Positions 1 through 12,199 of a stretch of DNA of 60,036 nt are shown here, one piece after another. Each line of letters starts with the position of its first letter. Positions within the stretch are counted from its first letter, which is position 1. The position numbers were made by a program, and so were the translations under genes. The stretch spans positions 78,114,864 to 78,174,899 of the forward strand of contig NC_068989.1 in NCBI RefSeq assembly GCF_001194135.2, given 5' to 3'. The stretch is from Octopus bimaculoides. Taxonomy: Eukaryota. The notes under the pieces were generated by a model. It was not told the origin of the DNA, did not search any database, and saw nothing but the letters and a program-made list of their open reading frames with translations.

Positions 1-293
1 ATATATATATTACGCAGATATACACCTACTCACATATGCATACACACATGTATATGTACATTTATGTGTGTTTACTTATACATAGAAAAAAAACTCTGAA
101 GGAAACAATCCACACTCAGTGCAATGGTTGTGACTATACGAAAACACTCATCATCGATATCAATAGAAAACGTGCCACTAGTCTTATTGCTGTGACTGTT
201 ACTGTTGCCGCTTACGTAAATAGACAAAAATTGTTGTATCTTCGGGAGATCGCTTTTGCCAAAACTTTATATGCACTGGTTCTATATCAATAT

Positions 294-323
294 ATTATCA
301 TCATCATTATTATCATCATCATC

Positions 324-412
<89 letters not shown>

Positions 413-805
413 CATCATCATCATCATCATTATTNNNNNNNNNNNNNNNNNNNNNNNNNNNNNNNNNNNNNNNNNNNNNNNNNNNNNNNNNNNNNNNNNN
501 NNNNNNNNNNNNNNNNNNNNNNNNNNNNNNNNNNNNNNNNNNNNNNNNNNNNNNNNNNNNNNNNNNNNNNNNNNNNNNNNNNNNNNNNNNNNNNNNNNNN
601 NNNNNNNNNNNNNNNNNNNNNNNNNNNNNNNNNNNNNNNNNNNNNNNNNNNNNNNNNNNNNNNNNNNNNNNNNNNNNNNNNNNNNNNNNNNNNNNNNNNN
701 NNNNNNNNNNNNNNNNNNNNNNNNNNNNNNNNNNNNNNNNNNNNNNNNNNNNNNNNNNNNNNNNNNNNNNNNNNNNNNNNNNNNNNNNNNNNNNNNNNNN
801 NNNNN

Positions 806-875
<70 letters not shown>

Positions 876-927
876 GTTATTATTATCACCATCATCATCA
901 TCATCATTATCATTATTATTATTATTG
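294..927. repeat. (ATT/ATC)n trinucleotide microsatellite spanning an assembly gap (N 435-805)
   Basis: Direct reading; explains the poly-Ile/Leu/Ser/X ORFs 36..956, 256..969 and 287..1015. Confidence 0.97.
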
Positions 928-1572
928 ACGGCGTCGAACTGTATCCAATATCGTGATGTTGTTGATTGAAGATATTGTACCTACCGGGCTTTTGTACTGT
1001 CTCACAGGTCACCACAATGACCTCAGACAGACAGTATTTTATTCAATATGAGATCAGTTCCAAATAAAGCCGATTTTTGCCATACGACTAGAGTGTACGG
1101 TATTTCTAAAGTGTCCAGATGTTTCTGCAGGTTGGGTAACATTGAACCCGATGTTCCAATGACAAAAGAGAAAACCTTAATGTTTGCCTGTCGTAGCTGC
1201 CATATCTTAGTGATCTCAGTCCTTAGGTCCCTATACTTATGAATCTTCTCTCCGTCCTTCATGAAAATATGTCGATCTCCTGGTACTACCAATTCGATTA
1301 TCAGGTATTCTTGTTTCTCCCTCCTAAAGGACACTATATCTGGCTTTCGGTACTCTGACACTTTGTCTGTCTGGAAGTCAAAATCCCAGAGGATCTTTGC
1401 CGTCACCTTTTCGTCTATTACATTTTCCGTTGTATGTTGGTACCAGTATCTGTTGCCGCGTATCCAGAATTCTGGCATAGCAGTCAGTAAAGGTTTTTGT
1501 GCTACCTTGTCGTGTCTGCACTTCTACTTTTTCTATGCAAGACTTTCACAAGTACGAACTATGTGAGTCACA
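928..1572 (-). mobile_element. 5'-truncated Dong/R4-like non-LTR retrotransposon 3' fragment (end of CCHC knuckle, RLE endonuclease, 3'UTR, TAA tail)
   Basis: ORF 1023..1478 has YWYQH..ENV..KILWDF.FQTDK..RKPDIV..IIELVVPGD..EKIHKYRDL..IWQL..FVIGTSG..QKSALFGT.LILNKILS, the PD-(D/E)xK RLE C-terminus. Upstream frameshifted THIVRTC-x-LA...RHDKVA. The 3' end runs directly into (AAT/GAT)n. Confidence 0.9.
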
Positions 1573-3313
1573 TTTGGTGTTTATTGAAAATCTGATATTG
1601 ACTACACGATCGAGGGGAATTTAATGTCATTTTAATGGAAAAATTCTTCAAGATATTAATATATTAGTTACATATAAGTTAAGCGATTATTTCAACAAAT
1701 TATGACAGCGCTGATTATATGAACCAATAACATATACTTTAAGGAATACCTGCAAAAAATCATTTCTATAGGGCGAAATATATAATAAACAGAAGAAAGA
1801 TATTACATGAACTCCTGTCATAACTGGAGACAGAATAAATTTATAAGTGTATATATTATTCCGTGGTATAAATGAAGGAAATTTATGAGGCACACTTATA
1901 TTTGAATGAAATATTCTACGTGGATATAAAATATATGCCAAGTCGATTTTTCACTAATGGTAATATATAACCAAATGTTGCATATTCGTGTTGTTGGCAC
2001 CAAAATCACCAGCCACACAAATATTCTTCATTTTGTACAGAATGAAAAACAGGACTCGTCGGACTGCAGAATATCTCAGTAGAATCAACGGGCATCCAAT
2101 ACTGTTAAGGGCAGATGGCGCTCATCATTCGTCGTACAGATAATCCATCTAGAAGAAAATCACAAATACAAACCGTTCCGCGAAAACTTGTACCCTACAG
2201 ATACTATGTTGCAAAGCACAAAATTATTGCATGATGAGCTATAGTTTCGTCTACATACGGAAATCATATATATGAGTATAGATATAGGTATAGATGTATA
2301 TGTGTGTATGTGTGTGTGTCTGTGAGTGTGTGTAAACATAGTCAGGACTGTGTATACATATAGAAAGTTACCAGTTGATATCCATAGTGTGAGAGCCGTT
2401 TCGCAGCCAATATCATGCAAAAATAATTTATTTTAGCGTATAATAAATTATTTTACATGCCTGCACTAATATGTATGCTATAAATTGTATTGTATTAATG
2501 TGAATTTTACAGACCAATGCAGATATAGAAATTTAACTCGTCAGATCAACAGAATATGATGCTTATATCATATTTTCAAATCGGGTGTACACATACCTGA
2601 CGTTGTTTATATTCTGTATACGGCTCATTAAATAATTTTCAATGATTGGATTTACTCAACTGCATATGCCTCTACATTACACAACTACATATTAGTATTA
2701 CATGTGGTGGTTAACCGGGTCCATTAAATGTAACGTTCTTTTGTAAAGTCGCCGTCAACTGATTGACCTGAAACCACTGTTTAATAAGCATGCCCTGGGT
2801 GTTGTTCAGTGCATCGATCGAACCTAGAAATACGGATTTACGAAGCGAAGTTTTTAACCACAGTTCCATGCCAGTGTAGCAGAATGTTACAGAAATCAAG
2901 ATGAAGTTCAAAAGGTTAACACATATTTAATGAATGTAATTAGATGGTCTTGTACATTTACAGATGCAACTGTCGATCACACTTGATATTCAGTTCATTA
3001 AGTGGGACTCAATTATATACAACAATTACGAAATATATCGATTTCTGATGAAAGATGGTTAAATAATTTCGATGGTGCGACAACCTATAATACAGTTTTG
3101 ATACAATGAAAATATCCATGTAGAAAGACTGTGCAGCTGTGTAAATTATGTAATATAATGTATAACGTTATTATTGTAATGTTATGTTCCGTTTGTAGCG
3201 TTCGTTAAGTTTTAGAGGAACTGTGTTCATCTTCCGGCTTTCCACGATAATAGTAATTCTTTCAATCCCATACAAACAATCGTTAATAAATTTTATTATT
3301 ATAATCATCATCA

Positions 3314-3356
<43 letters not shown>

Positions 3357-3357
<1 letters not shown>

Positions 3358-3525
3358 TTATGTTTGACTTTTGTTTTGCATTTGTACAAGTTGGATCCAA
3401 GTCTCACCCAGAGACCTCAAGAGACAACAAGTTAGAAGTTCATGTAGGTGTTATGCCTAGGGTACCATATATTTGGATTTGTACAGTTTTGTTCAAGTGA
3501 ATGTTTAAGAAACCATAAGAAAATT
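3357..3525 (-). mobile_element. Short 3'-end fragment of a non-LTR retrotransposon (Dong/R4-like) embedded in TAA arrays
   Basis: Minus strand ...ctcttgaggtctctgggtgagacttggatccaacttgtacaaatgcaaaacaaaagtcaaacat followed by (AAT)n; TAA arrays on both sides. Family assignment from recalled octopus LINE tail. Confidence 0.6.
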
Positions 3526-3533
3526 ATGTTTGC

Positions 3534-3587
<54 letters not shown>

Positions 3588-3620
3588 TAATTAATTAACT
3601 AAATAACTAATTATGTTTGC

Positions 3621-3664
<44 letters not shown>

Positions 3665-3670
3665 GTTTGC

Positions 3671-3715
<45 letters not shown>

Positions 3716-3745
3716 TAATTAATTAATTAACTAAATAACTAATTA
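3525..3745. repeat. Compound tandem repeat, unit tatgtttgct-(tta)n-[(ttaa)n-ctaaataactaat], 3 units
   Basis: tatgtttgctttatta occurs three times (about 3526, 3612, 3662); ttaattaactaaataactaat occurs twice. Confidence 0.9.
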
Positions 3746-3764
3746 TTGATATTGGTAAAATTCT

Positions 3765-3960
3765 CAGAATCGTTAGCACGCCGGAAAAAATATTTAGCAT
3801 TATTTCATCCATCATCATATTCTGCGTTCAAATTCCGCCGGAGTCTACTTCACATTTTATTCTTTCGGATTTGATAACATAAATACCAGTCGAGCACTGC
3901 AGTCGATGTAATTGACTATCCGCCACCCACCCGTTCCTGGCCCTGAGTTTATAGCAGAAC
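3765..3960 (+). mobile_element. Degenerate tRNA-derived SINE (family B here)
   Basis: gttagcacgccgg..ttctgcgttcaaattccgccgg (B-box-like) and tttcggatttgataacataaataccagt match the copies at 16366 and 48902. Confidence 0.75.
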
Positions 3961-4020
3961 GATGGAATGATATTATTATTATTATTATTATTATGTTGTT
4001 GTTGTTGTTGTTTTTGTTGT

Positions 4021-4641
4021 TTTGGTCTTGAGCAGCTAATATGAAACCCTCACTCTCTGCTTTTAGCCCTAAACTTCGTAACACTTGATGCGTGTGATTC
4101 TGGCCGACATCAGCTGTTTGCTACGTGTGACATACTTGCCATGCAGAGGTTTCTGTTCCCATCTTCTAGCGAATTTTTCATGTGCTTTTGTCTTTGCAAT
4201 TAATTTTATTTTCTTTGAAGCAGCAGTTGGCACATTTCCTTCAACCTGACCAATCTGGTAGGTATCTAAGAGATCAGTAGCGAATTTTTTGCTCTCTTTC
4301 AGAATAGAGTGAAGTTTTTCGGTCGTTCATGTTTTTCAACAAGTTTCAGCATCCAATCGTTGGTTGATTCAAGGTATTTGGCCAGTCCGATTGTGATGGT
4401 TTTGTGCGTAAGTTCAAGCTGGATCAAGCTTCGACCTCCCTGAGCTCTGGGAAGGTAAAGACGATCCACTTCTGCCTTTGGATACTGCATCTTATTACAA
4501 GTCAGTAGCTTGCGGATTTTTCTATCAATTTTCATTACTTCACCGGTATTCCAGTTGAGCACATCGGAGCTATAAAGGAAAACTGGGACTGCTCAGGATT
4601 TTATGGCTAACAACTTATTATATACATCCAGCTCAGACTTC
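4021..4641 (-). mobile_element. Dong/R4-like retrotransposon RT-thumb/linker fragment
   Basis: KSELDVYNKLLAIKS*AVPVFLYSSDVLNW..KIDRKIRKLLT..YPKAEVDRLYLPRAQGGRSLIQLE ... LRSLGLKAESEGFILAAQDQ, then an abrupt (AAC)n(ATA)n; the 5' part is lost in the N gap. Confidence 0.9.
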
Positions 4642-5001
4642 NNNNNNNNNNNNNNNNNNNNNNNNNNNNNNNNNNNNNNNNNNNNNNNNNNNNNNNNNNN
4701 NNNNNNNNNNNNNNNNNNNNNNNNNNNNNNNNNNNNNNNNNNNNNNNNNNNNNNNNNNNNNNNNNNNNNNNNNNNNNNNNNNNNNNNNNNNNNNNNNNNN
4801 NNNNNNNNNNNNNNNNNNNNNNNNNNNNNNNNNNNNNNNNNNNNNNNNNNNNNNNNNNNNNNNNNNNNNNNNNNNNNNNNNNNNNNNNNNNNNNNNNNNN
4901 NNNNNNNNNNNNNNNNNNNNNNNNNNNNNNNNNNNNNNNNNNNNNNNNNNNNNNNNNNNNNNNNNNNNNNNNNNNNNNNNNNNNNNNNNNNNNNNNNNNN
5001 N

Positions 5002-5044
<43 letters not shown>

Positions 5045-5088
5045 CATTATTATTATTATCATCATCATCATCATCATCATTATTATTA

Positions 5089-5128
<40 letters not shown>

Positions 5129-5140
5129 GATTATTATTAT
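5002..5140. repeat. (TTA/TCA)n microsatellite
   Basis: Direct reading. Confidence 0.97.
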
Positions 5141-5169
5141 TGAGTGAGAGATCAGCACATGCCATCAAA

Positions 5170-5490
5170 GTGAAACTGAGCTACAATCATACGAAGCCCA
5201 GTATACCCATCGTTACTACCCGTCTGTTCCTATAAACGATATGCACAGCCATTCTAGAAACAGCCGTAAGAGATTTTATAAATTATTTCTTAATCCCTTA
5301 TTTACTCTAACAGTTCTGCAAATACGTTTGAATAATATATTACATGCTCTAAACTTATATCACAGGTTTTGCTTGTAACTTCTTTATTTTTAATATATAT
5401 CTAACCGCTCTATGCTTAAACACCACTTATAGCCCTTCTTTGATATACTACCACACCACTTTGTTTTAATTCTTTTAGTTGTAGTTCAAA
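5170..5490 (-). mobile_element. Old CR1/L2-like RT C-terminal remnant
   Basis: Manual minus-strand translation KVVW*YIKEGL*..HRAVRYI..NRD*EIIYKISYG resembles VVWsP..K..VQRRA.K.I..RGD.I..YKI..G; heavily decayed. Confidence 0.4.
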
Positions 5491-5645
5491 TTGGAGTTCT
5501 AGCGGTAAACCAACCCAAGCAGCATGTACCTATTACATTACGTCATTAGATGAAATATTTAATGTGTATGTATGTATGTATGTATGTATGTATGTATACG
5601 TGTGGGTGGGTTCATGTAAGTGAATTTGTCTATATCTATATGTAA

Positions 5646-5677
<32 letters not shown>

Positions 5678-5816
5678 GAGTGTGTGTGAAAGTGTATATG
5701 TAATATGGATATATGCTTATATATGCATATGTATATATGAGTATACTTATATGTAGATCTGTATATAGGTATATATGTGTCTAAACCTACGGTATATACA
5801 TATGTGTATATTCATG

Positions 5817-5853
<37 letters not shown>

Positions 5854-7089
5854 NNNNNNNNNNNNNNNNNNNNNNNNNNNNNNNNNNNNNNNNNNNNNNN
5901 NNNNNNNNNNNNNNNNNNNNNNNNNNNNNNNNNNNNNNNNNNNNNNNNNNNNNNNNNNNNNNNNNNNNNNNNNNNNNNNNNNNNNNNNNNNNNNNNNNNN
6001 NNNNNNNNNNNNNNNNNNNNNNNNNNNNNNNNNNNNNNNNNNNNNNNNNNNNNNNNNNNNNNNNNNNNNNNNNNNNNNNNNNNNNNNNNNNNNNNNNNNN
6101 NNNNNNNNNNNNNNNNNNNNNNNNNNNNNNNNNNNNNNNNNNNNNNNNNNNNNNNNNNNNNNNNNNNNNNNNNNNNNNNNNNNNNNNNNNNNNNNNNNNN
6201 NNNNNNNNNATATATATATTGATACATACATATTTGTGTGTTTGTGTTTGTGTGTTTGTGTTTGTGTGTGTGTGTATGTGTACGTACTGATATGTATACG
6301 AGTGTATATATTTGTATGAATGCATTTATTCATATATGCCCATCTGTATGCATTTCATCTTCCATCAATTCACTTTTACATTTCATAAATCTTATATGTT
6401 ATCCGCATTTATTTGATTTCTTTCTTTCATTCATTTATATCTCACATATCTTCTATTTACTGTCTTAAAATATATATTAGTTAATTCGATACCTGAATAC
6501 TCTTAATACTATCTTTGCCATCGAGTACAGAAAAAAATAATACCGCCTCCATTTCTTTACTTTGTTCTTTTATCAACCTGTCATAAATCTAGTGCAATCT
6601 TATATAAATTTCTTTGGAAACTATCACAAAATATTAAATAAATGCAGATTTGTTTTTCAATATATGAACAAAAAAACAACTGAAATTTTCATGCATTTGA
6701 TTCTGTTTGTTTTTCTCTTTTTTTTTTGTATACAAATACAGAGTGCTCTAAAGATATACTACTATTGAAGACTATAAAATATGATATATCTATATGTGTA
6801 GTAACTTATAAATTTGTAATTGTGCATTGCCGATGAAATCATTATAAAACCGAACTGTTATTTAAAATCATCCCTGTTTTTTGCCGAAATTATTAAAATA
6901 ACATTATACTATTAACCAAGGTTGTTTCTCCACAGTCCACAAATATTCCTCGTTAAACGTTTTAACTCGCACTGTATTATATATGTAGCACTAACTGCAT
7001 CGTTAATGACATATCTACCTCATACTCATGTATGCAGTAGGTGTTATATGAGCTAATTAATTGTTTAAATTTTCCCATTGGCATCCAGT

Positions 7090-8280
7090 GAATTTGGTGG
7101 TAGTCATTACCACCTTCTAGAATTCTTGGCAGGAAAAATTAAACTTCGTTTTTTAAGATATTAGAAGCGAGTGATATATATTTTCTTTGTTGAGAGAAGC
7201 CAAGTGTTGTGCAATTGAGGTTAAAAGATAAATGGTACCGCTTTTGTGAACCAATGGATGTTCTCCTGTTTGTAAATACATTTTGGTATGTTTTAATATA
7301 GCCTTCTTTTATATAGAATCAGTGATGTTACTACGGATATCATTACCTGCTACTATTTAAATGAGCTGTACCAGAAAGTGGAGTGGGTTTGTGCGAAGTC
7401 CTACCCCGGAAGATTAGAAAAGAAAACTTGATGCTTCTAATGCTTATTTAGCAATATTATAAGTAGTTGGTAAGGGGAATGTGCAATGATTTTAAAGAAT
7501 TCCATTGTGCGTGTTTCATTCGTAGGAAGGATGCAAGGAATTTATGTTACTTGTTTTCTTCTGGTATAGTTATAGAAGGGATTACCATATTCATTGGAAG
7601 AAAAGTGTTAATCTAACATTAGCTCTTCTGATGATGTTTGAGAACCTACGTAATTGCGTAGGATATCTGTTTTTTTTTACGTTTTCTCCTAAGTTGATTT
7701 TAACCGTTGCTGTTAAGTCCTCACTGGAGCACCACATTCTTAGATTTTTCAAAAATAGGTCACTAATAGATTGGTGGAAACTCGGGGGAAAACAAGAAAA
7801 ATCAAAATGGTATTGAAAGATTCATACTTGTCTCATCTGAAAGGAAACTTTCGAATCATGAGATGATAAATATTTGTACCTCATGTATGAATAATCTGTT
7901 ACGAGGAAAGGAAAAGGAACAAGTTTGAATGATTACAAATATCAAAAGAAATAAACATTGATTTTGTTTGTGTTGATTATAAGTACCAGGAACAACTATT
8001 TGGGGATTTAAGATGGTAATCTGGCTTTAAATGAAGAGCTAGTGTGATTAAAATTGTCTTTAAGAAGTGAGTGTCTAAAGTTGAGGGACGACGATGTTAC
8101 GATTTCATACAATGATTTGAGATAGTTAGAAAAGTGGACAAGAAAGTGGTAGTTTAATAAAGTTCCTCCTCCACGAATTGGGCAACAAGTTTGCATAATT
8201 CCGTATGCTGATTGAGATTTTAAAATTGGTGATTATGACTGAAACATCTTTGTTACATAGATTGAGCCTAGTTGAAGAAA
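7090..8280 (-). mobile_element. Highly decayed Penelope-like RT remnant
   Basis: Ordered, frameshifted motif remnants: LLKDNFNHTSSSFKARLPS (cf. ITLKDHK.NF..PKCRLINP), SWYL*STQTKSMFISFDI (cf. WF...FISFDI), A-L-E-A-S-S-F (cf. ALK.SGY), ENIHWF (cf. RNIIWF). Confidence 0.5.
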
Positions 8281-9349
8281 CATTGTGACTAGTTGCAATC
8301 GAGGGATCTCATTATGCTTCACACATTACATCTGTAAATAATTTAATGTGGTAAGGATTATTTAGACATATGAAGAAACACAGAGATTCTTAAAGGAGTT
8401 TCTGCAGCGTGTGTATTATGAAGTTAAAGTAAACACAAGTAAATGTAGTTTTGGTCAGTACGTGTACTCGTTCAGTATCTCTTATACAGTCATTGAGATG
8501 CCAATGTTTTTATCAATTATATAGACCCCGTTACTTATCACGCAGTTAATATTTTATTGTTCTCTATTTATCCAACACGTTTCCTTTCTATATAAATGTT
8601 CTCACTCGAATACCGATTTACGACGGCAAATATAAGAATTGGTATATTATAAACAGTAGTTTAGAGTCGTCTACACCCTATATTTCTACGTGTGTGTGTG
8701 TGTTGGTGGGTGTGTATATGTGTGTGCATGTGTGCGTGCGTGTTTGTGTGCGTGCATGTGTGACCGTACTTGCATACAAACACATAAATATACATCGATT
8801 AGATACGTCATAGTAGCTACTTATTTAATCGATGCTTCAAATTGAATGCAATATCAACCCCACCCGACTTCAATTCAGAACATAAATGGAATCTAATTAA
8901 CTAAACATTGCACGACATATTGTCTGGTAATCTATCATGTTCCTACTCGGTGCCTTAGTAAATATAGAATATTGGTATGCATTACAGAAAAGAAAGCATG
9001 TATTCATTTCAAATGCAGCATATTGATAAACCTGAAATATGTGTCATTCTCCTGTATAAAATCTAAGGACATATACGACACAACAAAATCGATTATTATC
9101 TTATCATATAATCAAGATGCGCGATGTAAATGTTCTCTCACGATAAAAGTCATTAATATATCAATAGCATTTTCCAAATAAACATAATTGGCTGACAGTA
9201 CACAAATGGTATTGACGTCATTTTTGGATGTTGACGTCCAGAATATTAGAGATAAAATGTATGTCTTCAATGTATCACAAGAAATAGTCGAACAGATGTT
9301 CATTTTAATAGTCTCAAATACTGCTGCTTTCTCTCTCCTCGTTTTTCCT

Positions 9350-9430
<81 letters not shown>

Positions 9431-10583
9431 TTTTCTACCTACCTTTTTCACTTGATTTATGTATATATGTATTATAGACCGTATTATAGATGTATTTTTT
9501 AAATGGTTTCTGCCATTTCTTTTACAAGAATATTTTTTTACAGTAAAAGTGTTTACACAAAAAAGAAAAACAGTGTTTTTAAATATTTTGGAACACCGTA
9601 CAGTTTAGTTAGCTCCATGGTTAAGGTTTATTTTATTTTTCTATCAGCAACAAGTTTCCTGAGTACCTTAATTAATGTAAAGTGATTTTACATATTCACT
9701 ATTTTGTGTGGCTGAAAGGTAATATTGTTGTTTAAATGGAATAATAAACACCTTGCCGAGTTTGTTAATAAGCAATCATAGTAGAATGATGCTTCAACTT
9801 ATAAACACCTCTGTGTTCAATATTATATTTGTAAATCTCAATCGCCCGCTATTGTTCCTGTCCAGGGTATTATATAAGTACGTGTTTAGCAAGAAGTTCT
9901 CAACTTATTAGGAATTAATATAAACAATCGAAGCAACACCGTGACATGACTTGTGATCCATTCCTTAAAAACTAAAGACAAATTTGACATCGCTGGTTAG
10001 TAAATAGAAAGTAAATAGACGTAATTAAATACCACAGGACTAATTAGTAATCGCCCTTCTGGTTATGCTTCCTCAGAAAACATATTTGTAGCAGAGAAAA
10101 TGTGGATGCAGGAAGAATAATATGGTTGATTAATTGAATATGGATCAGTTTAGGACAAGAAGAAATGGATACATAAAAATACNNNNNNNNNNNNNNNNNN
10201 NNNNNNNNNNNNNNNNNNNNNNNNNNNNNNNNNNNNNNNNNNNNNNNNNNNNNNNNNNNNNNNNNNNNNNNNNNNNNNNNNNNNNNNNNNNNNNNNNNNN
10301 NNNNNNNNNNNNNNNNNNNNNNNNNNNNNNNNNNNNNNNNNNNNNNNNNNNNNNNNNNNNNNNNNNNNNNNNNNNNNNNNNNNNNNNNNNNNNNNNNNNN
10401 NNNNNNNNNNNNNNNNNNNNNNNNNNNNNNNNNNNNNNNNNNNNNNNNNNNNNNNNNNNNNNNNNNNNNNNNNNNNNNNNNNNNNNNNNNNNNNGTTTAT
10501 ACGTATATGTAAATGCATATACGTTTATCTCTATTTTCACACATGCATATATGCACATGCATGTGCATATATGTATGAAACTG

Positions 10584-10622
<39 letters not shown>

Positions 10623-11048
10623 GTTATGTGTGGGGGTGACTGGGAGTGGGTGGGTGTGGGGGTATGCGTAATGGGAAGTCAAAGTGAACGATTTGAATGC
10701 TTTCTACACTGCAGAGACATCGTATCATTCTCAATTTATTTGACGGAAGTCCATCTGGAACTTGAGAATTCACAGATATTTCTCTTCAGACTTAAATCCG
10801 TTAATTTCCGTTCCAGCACCTGAATGATGGAGTTCTTTAATATTCAGTAACTGGTCTATATTGCTCTTTTACGTTCACTATAGTCTGAATGAGTTTTGTT
10901 TCTATAAATCCCATCTCTTTTCGTTTTATCATAAAATATTCATTATTAGTACTGCCACGCTAATGAATGTACTAAGAAAAGTTAGGTTGGAGAAAAGTTT
11001 ATAAAAGCACACTAACACAAGAAATGCACGCAATAATTTTATAAGTGA

Positions 11049-11089
<41 letters not shown>

Positions 11090-11094
<5 letters not shown>

Positions 11095-11470
11095 CACAAA
11101 AAAAATCAACGCAAGGACGTGGTATATGCAAAGTATTAGTAGATGCTCAGGGAAGGAAAGAAAGGTGGTTTTACGTTTCGAGTAAAGCTCTTCGTCAGAA
11201 ACAGGAGACGGAGGAAATTTCAAGAAAAAAAAGGATGACGGAGGAATAAAATCGCCACATGTGAAAATTAGTCTGATTTTCACGTTTTATTATTAGCAAA
11301 TTTTACAATTTGAAAATATTGGATTAATCATTAAGTTGTGACATTCGGGTTCTGCAATTGACACATTTTGCCAGATGGTTGCTTAGAGGTATCTGACGGA
11401 CATAGTGGCCCTAATTTGCTGTTTTCCCAGTCTGACCAACGTATATTCCCTCCGACGGGCTCCAGTAGAT
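11090..11470 (-). mobile_element. Penelope-like element 3' end: internally deleted GIY-YIG piece, 3' region and terminal repeat
   Basis: Minus frame GIYVGQTGK...VRQIPLSNHLAKC (about 11340-11455); shares ttgccagatggttgctta.aggtatctgacggacat with 12219-12254; followed by a hammerhead-like motif and a TA-repeat tail. Confidence 0.8.
11168..11202 (-). ncRNA. Minimal type-I hammerhead ribozyme-like motif (Penelope-associated)
   Basis: Minus strand GUUU-CUGACGA-A-GAG cuuua CUC-GAAA-CGU-A-AAAC: core CUGAnGA and GAAA, 3-bp stem II, palindromic ACGU stem III, GUA cleavage triplet, 4-bp stem I. Confidence 0.72.
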
Positions 11471-11762
11471 GAATCTTACGAATTGTATTTTGACCAGTCA
11501 GCATGCGGCTTCGATTGTCATAGGTTGGTGAGTGTGCCAACTAATTTCTAACTGTATCTCCATCAATCAGTCTGTAGATTATGTCACGATTTGGTAGACA
11601 CGTCAAGGATTCTTTACTTTCACCGCACTTAAAGGAATAATCGTTTGGCTATATTTTGGAACGTTGTAAACAACATTTTTTCTTTCATTGAATTCCATTC
11701 TTACTCCAGAAATGTTTACATTTCAATCGAGTTGAACATTACTACCATCCTCACATCGCTTT

Positions 11763-11990
11763 TATTACCTCCACCTTAGCGAACGCGAAAGTATTGTTTC
11801 AGTCGTGCTTGCTTGTTTGACCTTGAACAAGATATCTCAAGAACCATTGGATTGATTCGGATGAAACTTTCAGAGATGTTTGGCCTCATGACTGGCATGA
11901 ACTGCTTAGATTTTGAGATCGATCCGGCACCGGATTATTTTTCCTGCTTTTTACTTAAATTTTGAGAGTGGTCAGGTTCATTTTTCATCT
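11763..11990 (+). mobile_element. Non-autonomous DINE-1/HINE (Helentron-type)-like element fragment
   Basis: acctccaccttagcgaacgcgaaagt (decayed palindromic head), short ttgc/ttgt tract, then caagatatctcaagaacc..ggatgaaactttcag..ttagattttgagatcgatccgg, a layout typical of DINE-1-like elements; assignment from recall. Confidence 0.5.
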
Positions 11991-12199
11991 TCTTGTTATT
12001 TTTGTTTTTGTTGTTAGTGATGTGGTAGCAGTATTAAAAGTTGTAATATCAATTATTATTATCAACATCATCATTATAATTATCACCGCTGCTATAACTG
12101 TCCATTTAGAACGAGGATAAATTTATCAATAAAATTCTTTTCTCTAACTTTTCTCTCAGCTTCACTTGAGTTGTGTAGTTCGTAGAATGAGAATTTTAT

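Noticed and set aside
2112-2122. cagatggcgct CTCF/YY1-like motif
   Set aside because: Only half of the CTCF core, in probable repeat-derived sequence; expected by chance.
36-6333. Long ORFs rich in X, poly-Ile/Leu/Ser or IY/CV/HT repeats (also 44679-45918, 52014-53368, 58373-59477 and others)
   Set aside because: Artefacts of N-gaps and microsatellites; not genes.
11331-11540. ORF with WSDW..C resembling a thrombospondin repeat
   Set aside because: Off-frame reading of the Penelope GIY-YIG DNA; the alternative frame gives GIYVGQTG and RQIPLSNHL.
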